Shown here: positions 12,001 through 24,000 of the stretch, one piece after another
How the letters are laid out: every line of letters starts with the position of its first letter
Numbering within the stretch: position 1 is the first letter of the stretch
Assembly (NCBI GenBank): GCA_030650425.1
Contig: JAUSED010000005.1
Location: forward strand, 142,932-206,931
From: Candidatus Omnitrophota bacterium
Lineage (GTDB): Bacteria > Omnitrophota > Gorgyraeia > Gygaellales > Profunditerraquicolaceae
Length of the DNA: 64,000 nucleotides
Direction: 5' to 3'
Position numbers and translations under genes: made by a program
The notes under the pieces: generated by a model
Database searches by the model: none
What the model was told of the DNA's origin: nothing
Seen by the model: only the letters and a program-made list of their open reading frames with translations

Positions 12001-15000
12001 TCATCGATTAATTCTCCTGTTAGTAGTATTTAACATCTTTGGTAAGGAAAGTCAAGGTGAATTTATAATTAAACGCGAAGATCCGGAAGGCCCGGGGGAT
12101 CTACAGGATCTGGATCCGGGGGCATATGACTTAATTCTAAATAAGTATCGTGTCTCCGGAATTGCCACCTCTTGGGGATTAAGAGATATCCGAAGCGCAG
12201 ACATTATACAAGATATCTATTATGCATTAAAAATAATAGAAGATTTAGGCCGTAGATTAGGGTTATCAGGCAAGATGATTGATGGGGCACATAAGGTTTT
12301 TGCGCAAGTAATCTTTGCAGCCAGCCCGTTGGCCGCCGCCTCGCCGTCCTCGAGCCGTGTCTTAAGAGATGGCTCGAGGACCCCGAGCGAAGTGAGGGGG
12401 CAGGTGGATGAAAATCAGGCTAGCTCGCCGGTTAGAGAAGAGGAAGCTGCTGTCAGACTAGAAATTGCCAAAAAGCTTTGTCATAGCTTAAATAACGCTG
12501 TCAGTGGTTTTTATGCTTGGTTAACTTATTTGGAGCGGAAAACCCCTCATTTTGATAGAGGAAAAGGAAATACCCTTCTTGGGAAGATTAACGATTACAA
12601 TGAGCTGGTAAGCGAATCGGAGGAATTACTACAAAATCCGGATAAATTAAAGGAAACAGTTAATAAATTGGATACCCTAGTAAACGAAATTATAGAAATA
12701 TTGCCCAAGTTACGTAACTTTTATGATAACCAGGAGTTAACAGGAAGCATTGCATTAATTGGAGAAATAATTTCGGATGAATTACCAGAAAAACCGGTAA
12801 ATTTAAGCGAGGTTTTGCCCTGGATATTTCGCAGCGGGACGTTTTATCATGATTTTATGATAATAGATTACAAAAACTGCCTTGGGAAAGACGCATTTGT
12901 TTTTGTCAGCAAAGATAAACTATGGATTGTATTCGATAATTTATTGATGAATTCCATACAGGCTTTCCAGAAGTTTGATGTTATAAATAAAGAAGATAGA
13001 AGGGTTACGGTGGAGTTGGGTGAAGAAAGAGATTATTATACGGTTGTTTATTCCGATAACGGCCCGGGGATACCCGAAGATTTATTAAGCAACATCTTTG
13101 ATCCCTACGTAACAACTAAGGTCGGAGAACCCATATCGGGGTTGGGGCTTGCCATATGTAAGGAGATAGTCGCTAAGGCAAACGGCAGCATTACTGTAAA
13201 AAGCAAACAAGGGGAGGGCGCTACTTTTACTGTTTATCTGCCTAAAGAAACAAATGTTTTCGGAAAAGAAGGCGCCGCCTCGCCGCTGGCTGGTGAAGAA
13301 AATATAGGCCGGGAATTACAAGAGGCATTTGATAAAGCCGCATTGGATTTATTGTATTGGTTTTGCGGCATTAAATATCTTCCTTATGATTGGAAAATTC
13401 GTGCTTATATAAGGCCTTTAAGGCGAGGGGATTTACAGTTTTTGCTTGAAGAAAACTTCCCTACATTACTTTTTGATTTAAGGATAAATTGGTTTGAAGA
13501 AGTGATTGGCTATCGTCTTTACCCGGAAAGCGCAGGAATAAGAGAAAAAGAGATTATGCGGGGATTAAGAAAAGAGGTTTTTGATTGGTTCTTAAATAAT
13601 AGGCCGGCTGTTTTGGAAGAAGAGTTTGAAGGAATAAAAATAAAAGAATTTATTGAAGCGGCTATGACATCGACAGAGCAGCATTTACAATACTTAGGCC
13701 AAATGCTTGAGTTTATCAAAGGAGGCAAGCGGCAATCATTCGCTCCTTTTATGCAAAAAACGTTTAAAGAATTTCTTGAGAGAAGGATTAAAATTCTTAG
13801 ATGCCTGCGTCATATTGATCCAGCGTTTGTAATACACAAACTGCCTTTGTATGAGGAAAGAGTTAAAGAGATAGAAAATGAAGATATTGAGAGCGAATTA
13901 GAAGAGGCAAGAAAAGCGGGCAAAGAGGTTAAGGTTATAATAAAAGAAATCGCCAGGTATGAAGATACAGGCAGGCCATCTAGTCTTAGGGTTGAATATG
14001 AAGGCGAGATTGGCTTTGTGCGCATAAGAAACAGCGGTTTTAGCTCCTGGGCGCTTTCTCAACACCCTAAAGCTATTATTGGGGAAGAGGTTTACGCAAG
14101 GGTAATTGCTGTTAGGCCGCTTGAGTTTGGATTAATCAAAGAAAAAATCGATATTCCAAGAGTAGATACGAGGATTGTTTACAGGACAGACGCGGCTGGA
14201 ACAGGAGATAATAGGTTTAAGGAAGCCTTTAATAAGGCCGCGGAACAAAAAGCCAAAAAAGCTAAAAAAGGCCCATCCTCGGGTTCTCCGCTTGAGGAAG
14301 AATTCAATTTTTTGCGGCTACCGGTTAAACAAATAACAAATAAATGGCTGGAGTATATAAGAACAAGTTTTAGTGAAGACGAAGCCGCAAGTTCAAAGAT
14401 GAAGGGCGCGCTTAATGATTTAATTCAGCAGCTCGAAGCTTTAGGCGCAGAGCCTTTTGATAAGACAACAGAAGTAAGTATAGGTGATTTATATATAGAT
14501 ACCCTCTCCGGCACTATTACAAAAATAACAGATGTGAGAATAGGGCTTACCTGCGAGACGGATAGAATATACCCTATGCGCAAAGAGAAAAGAGAGCTGG
14601 CTATGACGGGTGGTAAGTTCTTATTAAGAAGAAGCGGTGTTTCTAGAGAGCAGGCAGAGTTAGCCTATCGGTCTCAAAGAGCAGAGAAAATTATCAAGGA
14701 TATCGAATTCGCTGTAGCAGTTAGTAACCACAAAATGGCTGTCGATTTTATAGAGGAATTAAGAAGGGATTATTCTGATATTGTTAGCTGTGCTAAATTA
14801 TCTGAACTGGATAGGAAAGTCGGCACTGTTCATCCAGACACACCTACTCCCGCTGCGCACAAGGCTTCTTCGTCAATTAAGAACAGCCTTACACTTTACA
14901 CATTAAACATTGCACAAACCATTCCCGTCGCCTCGCCGGTAGCGAAAATAAGATTGCTGGGAGATTATCCTTTAGCTAAAAATTCTTCCGGCAGCATTGT

Positions 15001-18000
15001 TTCGGTTAATCTTGAGGCAATTTTTAAGAATTTGGTATCGCGGGTAATCAGAATCGTGCCTGGTGAGGATAAAGCCAATGAAAGTAATATGGTATCAAAT
15101 GGGTCTAATGGATATTCTTCTTGTAATTTATTAGCCCGCAACAACTCGATTTCATCGGGGATTAGCACTTCAAGGAGCTCAGTTAGTTTATTGGCATCTT
15201 TGTTAATCTCTTTGGCAGGGTATTCTTTCTTGCGGCGGAGTAGAAACCTTATTTCTAATAGCGTAGTTAAAGAAATACAGCCTTTGATTTCCTTTGTTTC
15301 GACGCGGTTGATAATTTCAAAAGGGGCCTTCCAGAGATTCTTATTAGTAGCGGTTTCTGTTTCTTTGAGCAGCCAGTTAGCAATGACATCCGTATCAAGC
15401 AATACCGTTTTAATCTCTTTCATTGGGTTGGCAATAAATTTATTTTACCTTACCGCAGAGACTAAGGCGTTGGCCTTTGATAAAACCAGTGGAGGTTTTT
15501 CCTGCAGGAATAACCCCCTTGTACTTACCAAGCAATTCTCCAGCGGTGTTCGTCTTGCTAATTTTGGAAGTTTGCGCTTCCGTTCCCAGTACCCTCAGAG
15601 CTTCTCTCAGTGTAGTCATATCTCATCACCTCTAACAAAGGTTAACATAATCTCAAGACGCCGTCAAGATAATTCCGCCGCCGCCTCGCCGGTTTCAAAA
15701 GAAGCAGAAACAACTAAAACATTACTTTCCTTCCCAATTGCCGACTTGGATAAAGTTTTAAAGCTGGGCATAAAGTTGTTTGATTTTGGGTGTGGGCCTA
15801 TTGCCGGATGCCGCGGAGAATGGGGTTCTACTATTGTAAAACATTATCCCTATATAAACTATTATGGTATAGATGCGCAATTTTGTCTTGAGCGGCAATT
15901 GCGCCTGCCTTTTAGAAGACTCTTAAGTCTATTGGGAATACGCTTGGCAAGAGAGAGGATGAAATTTGAAATACAGTCCTATTTTGAACCGTTGCCGCAA
16001 GAATGGGGTAAGGCCGACATTATCATCTTAAATTCTCCTGAAATCACAGAGGATTATTTGGCGCGTATTAATAAGGGAGAGGTGGCGAAGGCGTTCTTTA
16101 AAAATCTCAAAGAAGGGGGAATAGGTTTGATTCTTTTTGAATCACATCTTTATTCATCGATAAATTCACTAATTACATATATATCTAGAGAGGCTGTGGC
16201 AGGCGGCCGAATGTATAAATCTTTCTCTATGGAATTTGGCGAAGAGAACATTAACCAAACAAATATCCCTAAGAATTACTATCCTGAGAAATTGACTGCC
16301 TATAGAAATTGGCAATTTGCCCAGAGAAATAACCGTCCTGATTTTGAGATTAGTTTTATCCAGGTTAGGAAATCGCTAGTAAATGGTAACGCTCCCCAAA
16401 GGGACACCTCTGCTACTCAAGGCGCCGCCTGCACTGAGCGAGCGCAAGCGAGTCGAGGCGCCTCGCCGCTAGTCTTGGAAGATAAGGTAAATGAAGAGTT
16501 AATAATATTATACGTGTTAAAAGATGAAGTATCGTCGCTTAGCGATAAACAAAAATATAACTTCGTTAAAAACAGGCTTTCCCTTGAGAAGAGAATAAGT
16601 TTATCTATCCCCGCCGCCTCGCCGGTGCAAGACAAAAACAGAATGTTATATGGAGGAAAACAGGCAAATTTATTAGGTCAGAAATATCTTGAAGGTATTT
16701 CCTTAGGCGAAGGCGTTACCATTGAAGTTATGGCTGCCGAAGAAGAGAATATTTTTACAACCGATGATTTTATAGATTTTCTTGTATTTAACAACGAATT
16801 AGTCAGTCAGATAGAGCATGTTTTGAAAGAATCCGGCAAGATTATGGAAGAAGAAATTCAAGGTTTGTTGTCGCAATTCGAGTTTCCTAAATCGCTCGAA
16901 GAGAAAGCGAATATTATCCAAAGCCATTTTGCTAAAGATGTTCTGCTTCTTGCCCGCGGTTCAGGGCAGAAAGAGGGCTCCAAAGAAGCAAGCCGCTCAG
17001 GAGTTTCTTTAAGTAAAAAAATTGACACTGAAACCTCTCTTTTTGAAGTCCTCCAGGAAATCTATCTACACGAACTAAAACAGGTATATCTTAAAGAGAG
17101 GCAGTCAATTTTGAAAAATCTTCTGGCGGTGACAGTTGTGCCGTACATAGATTTTGATTGCGGCATCATTGGCTCTTATTCCAAGAAAGATAACTCAACG
17201 ATTATTGATGTTGTCGTTGGCTCTTTAGAGACGGCCGTAGACCCCGCGAAACTGGGTTTAACCACTAACGAACGCCAGGTGCACGCCACAGCCCTGACTA
17301 TCAAGGTTCAAGATGGCAGGATTTTTGTTGCTAAAGAATATAACCTTAGGCCGCAGGAGATTATATATAAAGGTAAACACTATTTTCGCGAAAAGGCGAC
17401 CAAAGAGATATGGGAAGCAATGACAGATGTAATAGATGCAGAAAACGTGAAATGTATTCGCTGCCCGTTAAATAAAGACGAAATTTTAACCATTGATAAG
17501 CTAACGCGCCTGGCGGCTGAAGAATCCGATGCAGATATTTTATGGGAAATAGGCAAGATCGGCCGTATCCACGAACCTGCTTATGAGCTTTATATCCTTC
17601 AGGCAGATCCTTTAGTGCCTGTCGGATTTTATCAGCCTATCCCTGATAATTTAGAAAACATTATGGCGCGAAGTTATATTTCCCACGGTAATATACGCCT
17701 TGAGCGGGCAGTTGTGATGCTGGTAGAGGCGGGAGCTAAGGCAAGTTTTGTGGAAGCGGCCGCAGAAATCTTGGCTGAGGCAAGGATTCCTTTTATTAAA
17801 GTTCAGCGTCAGGCAGCCTGCCTTGATTTAAGCTTAGCGCACCGGGCAGCCGTAGAATGGGCAAATGTTTTGATTGATCCTGCGGCGCCATCCAAGTGGC
17901 CGCATACGCAGGTAAATTTGAGGGATTTTATTCGTGAGCATAATCATTCATTGTTTTTTGCCGATGGCAGGGTTTCCCAATTGGCTTTTGCCGGCGGCAG

Positions 18001-21000
18001 GGCTTTTCAGGAGCCGCTTCGGCGCTTAAACTATTGGCGGTTCGGAGGTGGCGTCTATCTAAGCGAAGAGTTGGTCGGTTTTATAGCTAATGACAGAGAA
18101 GCGATTATGTTCGGCCCAGCGCAGGATAAGAAGGTAACGGATTGTTATAGCAGAAACGGCCTTAGCCATTATTTTGGCAGCCATATTACCTTTTTAAGCT
18201 ATTTATTTGATGACGAGCTTAGAAATGGCTTTCTTTCTTTTGAGCCTACGGACAAAGAGCAAATGGATATAGTTTTTGGATACGCGATGGATTATTTGCT
18301 GCAAAGGTGCAAGAAAAGAGAGCCTCTTATGCCGGCATTGGAAGAATTACTTTCTAAGATACGGTTTGAGGAAAAGCAGAGGCTTAAAGAGGCAGGCGGT
18401 TATTATTCCTCCTGGGATAAAGAAAAAATACAAACCCTCATTGCAGAACATCCGCAGGCAGAAGCGCAATTATCCGCGTTAAAAGAAGAGATCAATTGGC
18501 TTAGGCGTCTTATTGCCCTTCCATTTTATCCAAATTACAGCCAGAGCCATATTACCAGAGCAGTGTTAAAGATTTTTGATGGCACCCGCGGTTTTGAGTG
18601 GAGATTTGGCGAAGAAATACAAGAAGCACATCCAAGGCCGCAAGGGCCGTTGAGGATTTTAATTGTTGATAGAACCCTTATAACGAGTCTCTACCTTAAG
18701 TCTTTTATTGAGGCGAATTTTAGTAAAGCAACAGTTGAAGCAATATATAATTGTTATGACGCGGCTGAAAAAATACCGTTTTTTGTACCGGATATTATCA
18801 TCTTAGATGGTAGGACCTCACACGATGATTATGGGCACGAATTAATGAGGAAGTATAACCAATTATCAAACGCGCCGCGGCTGATTTTAATTAGCGCCTG
18901 GGGTTTAGGCGACCTCTACCATGATACACAAGAATTGCGGAACGCTTATGCAAAAATACAGGTCTTAGGTTTTTACTCCCGCAGTGAAAACGAAGAAAAA
19001 ATTATCCCCTGGTTTAAACAAGTAGAAGATGAGATCAAACCAGCAAAAGAAGAAAGCCAAACCGCTGAAAAGAAGAAAGTAACTATATCTAAGGTGCTTT
19101 TTATTCATTATTCTAGCGAATTATTGAGAAATATTAGACTATATACTAAAAAGGCGCCTTTTGAAATCCTGACAGCTGATACAGAGGTAATGGCGGTTGG
19201 CATGATTAAAAAGCATCGTCCTGATATATTAGTCTATGACGTTAATTTTACACTTGAATCCCAAGCGCCTATAATCGGAGAATATATTAGGGTAAAAGGA
19301 GAAAGCGCTTATGTGATTCCTTGGTCAGCTGCGGAGTATTCCTTGAATGAAATCCGTCAGAGGCCAGGATGGAAAAAAATATGCGCACAGATAAAATTCC
19401 TTGATCCTGTGGTGATAAATTCAGATGCCGCGTTTTCGCGCTCCGGAGAAGGCGTAGATTATGTTATGGATGAAATCTTTAGGATAGTTTCAGGCCTGAC
19501 CGGGATTTCATCCAGCCCCTTAGCCAGCCCCGCCGCCTCGCCGGTCAGAGAAGAGGAAGCTGCTGTCAGATTAGAAATTGCCAAAAAGCTTTGTCATAGT
19601 TTAAATAACGCCGCCAGTGGTTTTTATGCTTGGTTAACTTATTTGGAGCGGAAAACCCCTCATTTTGATAGAGGAAAAGGAGATACCCTTCTTGGGAAGA
19701 TTAACGATTACAATGAGCTGGTAAGCGAATCGGAGGAATTACTACAAAATCCGGATAAATTAAAAGAAACAGTTAATAAATTGGATACCCTAGTAAACGA
19801 AATTAAAGAAATATTGCCCAAGCTACGTAACTTTTATGATAGTCAGGAGTTACTAGGGAGCATTGTATTAATTGGAGAAATAATTTCGGATGAATTACCA
19901 GAAAAACCGGTAAATTTAAGCGAGGTTTTGCCTTGGATATTTCGCAGCGGGACCTACTATCATGATTTTATGAAAATAGATTACAAAAACTGCCTTGGGA
20001 AAGACGCATTTGTTTTTGTCAGCAAAGATAAACTCTGGATTGTATTCGATAATTTATTGATGAATTCCATACAGGCTTTCCGAAAGTTTCATACTCTAAA
20101 GAAGGAAGATAGAAGGGTTACGGTGGAGCTGGGTGAAGAGAGAGATTATTATACGGTTGTTTATTCCGATAACGGCCCGGGGATACCCGAAGATTTATTA
20201 AGCAATATCTTTGATCCCTACGTAACAACTAAGGTCGGCGAACCCATATCGGGGTTGGGGCTTGCCATATGTAAGGAGATAGTCGTTAAGGCAAACGGCA
20301 GCATTACTGTAAAAAGCAAACAAGGGGAGGGCGCTACTTTTACTGTTTATCTGCCTAAAGAAACAAATGTTTTCGGAAAAGAAGGCGCCGCCTCGCCGCT
20401 GGCTGGCGAAGAAAATATAGGCCGGGAATTACAAGAGGCATTTGATAAAGCCGCGGAACAAAAAGCCAAAAAACCTAAAAAAGGCCCATCCTCGGGTTCT
20501 CCTATAGAAGATATCACCGCCTCCCCAAGAGGCGGAGCGGATAAATCCCCAAGAATTCTTGATCCTGACTATAAAAAATCTTCGCGTTTTATTGAAATCG
20601 ACCCGGAATATTTTCTGCCTGACACTCAATCCGGATTTTGGCTAATCGGGAAAAATGCTAAAGACATTTTTACAACTTGCACCGATATTGTATTCTTAAC
20701 TAAAGAAGAAAGAATATTCCTCGCTCATCTTCAGATTAATCCCAAACACCTTGAGAGCACAAACGAAAGGCAAAGCAAAGAACTGTTAGAGCGGCTGGTA
20801 GAGGACTGGAAAACCTATGGAGATAAGGACGAAAAAGGCCAAGGAGTCAGCACTTTTAATCCTCGAGAAATATTTAACGCGACAACTAAAGCGCTGTTAC
20901 TGAATAAATATCCCGCAAGAGAACCTTTTACTAATTGTTTAAGAGATTTTTTATTAGAGAAGGGGCTGGGTAAAGATAATATAAAAATAGATTTTGCAGC

Positions 21001-24000
21001 GCATCCAGCTGAGGATACGCAGATAGAATCTGTCAGTGTTTACCTGTGGCCTAAAGATAGACTTATAGAGACTGCCTTTGGCATATATGATTTACATTCT
21101 CCCGAGAGAAATAAGATTTTTGAGGTACATCGCTATCTTCGCGCCGAATTTAACTATCCGATTGTCTACGATTTACGCAATAATATTACAGCCGGCCCCG
21201 CCGCCTCGCCGGTGGATTCGAATGAAAAATCACTCTCGCCATTATATAAATCCTTCATTACCATTAATAAAGGAAAGTTAGAGAAACTCTCGGATTTACT
21301 TATTCAGCCAGATAAAGATATGCGGGATTTTGCGTTTGCCGCGCTTAAACTCTGCAAGAGAATGCCTAAAGAAGCCAAAGATATAATTAAAGAAGTAATC
21401 ACCAAAGTCCGCTTTGAGCAAATGATTGAGTTCTTTATGAAAGAGCCATCCGAATATGCCTTTAATTGCATTAAGTTATTTATAGATTTAAACCCCGCAG
21501 CAGCCCGTGAAAGTATCGGTAAAAAACACCTTTTAGAATTTATATCAATGATTAAAAGAAGGCATCCTGCCTGGATAATTTTATATAGATGTCTTGTGGA
21601 GTCTGGAAGATTAAATCCTGTTGAAATTGACGAAGAGGTCTTAAGAAATTTAATGAATTTAGAGGAAATGCCAAAAGAGCCTCTAAGCGGAGTAATACAA
21701 TATTCTATTCTAATAGCAGTTGAAGATTGCCTTAAATTATTTTCTTCTTTAAATAAGAGCGCTGTGACTCATAACCTTTTAGGGGAATTATTTTCTAGAG
21801 TGTCACCGGTTAATTTAATAGAAGAGCCTGATAAAGCAGCGCGCGCTGAAAATTTTCTTAAAATACTAGCGCCTTTCAATATTGAAAGCGCAAAATCATT
21901 TATTACGGGTCCGCTTCTAGAAAAGATGGCGAAATTGCGTAGAGGGCCTTTTAGGTTTTTTATCTCCATTAACCCTCAAGCAATCACCAAAAGTGTTGTG
22001 GTTGTTTTAGAATCTTACTTTGATCCTAAATACAATGATCATTCTGGCGCAATATCACTCTTATCTAAAGCTCACGCCTTGAATCCTGATGTGTGCAAAA
22101 AGGTTATTAAGGAAGATCTCTTAATACAACTGATGCGCCTGTTTTTTCAGAAAACACACATTTTTTCTTTAAGATACGCTTCTCTTATTAGAGAGTTAAC
22201 AAAATCCCTAAAATTAGAAGTCAAAAATATAACCGTGGTTTCCGATTTTCTTGGTGGGCTTTTGGAACTGTTATTGCGTCAGCTTAGCGGAGTAGGCGGG
22301 ACAGGTTACAAATATGATACAGAGAAAATTATTTCTTATATTAAGTTTTTTGCTCCTCTTTATCCAGAAGCAGTGGCTGACTTAAACCCTAAAGATAAGA
22401 CTATTAAATACCTTAAGGGGTGGCGTCGTATTCTTAATATAGATGAGGCGTATGAATTTCGCATTCTTAAGATTATAGAAGAAACTTTCGGCAGTACATG
22501 GCAGCCTGTTTTTAGAAAGGTAAAAGTAAATTGGTGGAATGGAGAGAAAGTTATACAACCAAAAGCTGGTAAAGCGCCTACAATTTCCTTTGAAGTTAAT
22601 GTAGACAAAGAAAATGTGACTGCGCCAAGCAAGCAATTAAAGGCTAGATTATGGGCCTGTGATAATAGTAAGCAAGAGCCAGTATGGCGTTTCTATAATG
22701 GCCGCCAGACAGATTTTACAGGGCAAGACACAGCTAAATTTGAAGTTTTACTCCCCAGAGGTTTTTTTGGAGAAGGGACAATGCAATATAGCACGGACAG
22801 CGGTAAAACCTGGCATTGGGCTAATATGGGCTTTGGCGACAACCTTACAGTATTACCAGCGCCTTCCGCCGCCTCGCCGGTTGCTAAAATAGCTTACAGC
22901 ATAAAGCATGTATCACATAAAAACTTCCTTCTTCTAAATCCAACATTATTGATTATTGCTGGTTTATTGCCATTAATCGCATTGCCCCTCCTTAATACAG
23001 GAATAATTGCGGTTATAATATCCGCAGGACTAACATTCCTAGGAGCTACAATCTTATCTTATTGGGTCATAAGACTATTCTTCTATCGGGGCTTAAGCCT
23101 CTCAACGAAGAAAATATTTTTATTAATATTTAGAATAGTTCAAATTTTTGAGATTGTATTTGGAATTAATCTATTGGCAATCATCGTATTGAATCTTTTG
23201 GGGATTAGATCCCCAAGATCTATTATCTTTTCAGAACTCTATCATTGGACATATGCCATCTTGACTTTTTACGAAATAGTTAACCATTACATTTATAGAG
23301 GATTAGGTAGTACTTTTAAATTTTATAATGACCTTTGGAATAATATCATAAGATTATTCCTTAAAGATAAGATTGATTTTAGTAAACCGGTAGGGGGTGC
23401 GATTGGAATTCAATTAAATAAGTTAAAAAGAGTGTTAGATATGGGAAAAGATTCTCAATCAAAAGAGCACAGTAACTCAAGTCCATTGGCTGTAACCTTT
23501 AGTCAGCTCAGAGCCCATAGTTCAGAATTCATAGATACGAGACTATCAACTATGAACAATGAAGAATTAGCTAAACATGCCGCCTCGCCGGTTTCGGGGT
23601 TCCTTGTATTGTTAGATGATAAGCAAGCCCGTTGCTTAGCAGATGAAGTGAATAGGACTTTAGGGGGAAATATTTTATCTTGGTGTCAGTCAGTAATAAT
23701 GGATGACTATTTTTGTGAGTTTGAATCCGGCCAACGTATATCTACGGATAATAAAGTGTCACAGGTTATTCGTTTTGGGCCATTGGTATTTGTTGTGATT
23801 TCTAGGACGCCCTCTAAAATAATAAATAATCTTTTGAAACAAGATATTGCTGAACTTAAAAAAAGGCTGGGAAAGGTTTATTCAGAGAATAAAACAAATA
23901 TTTTCTTTATAACTCCGTCTTACTATGACGTGTCGCCGTTGAGTAAATTTACTATGCCGGTTATCGCTGCTATGTTTAATTACAGGAATGAATTCAAGGA

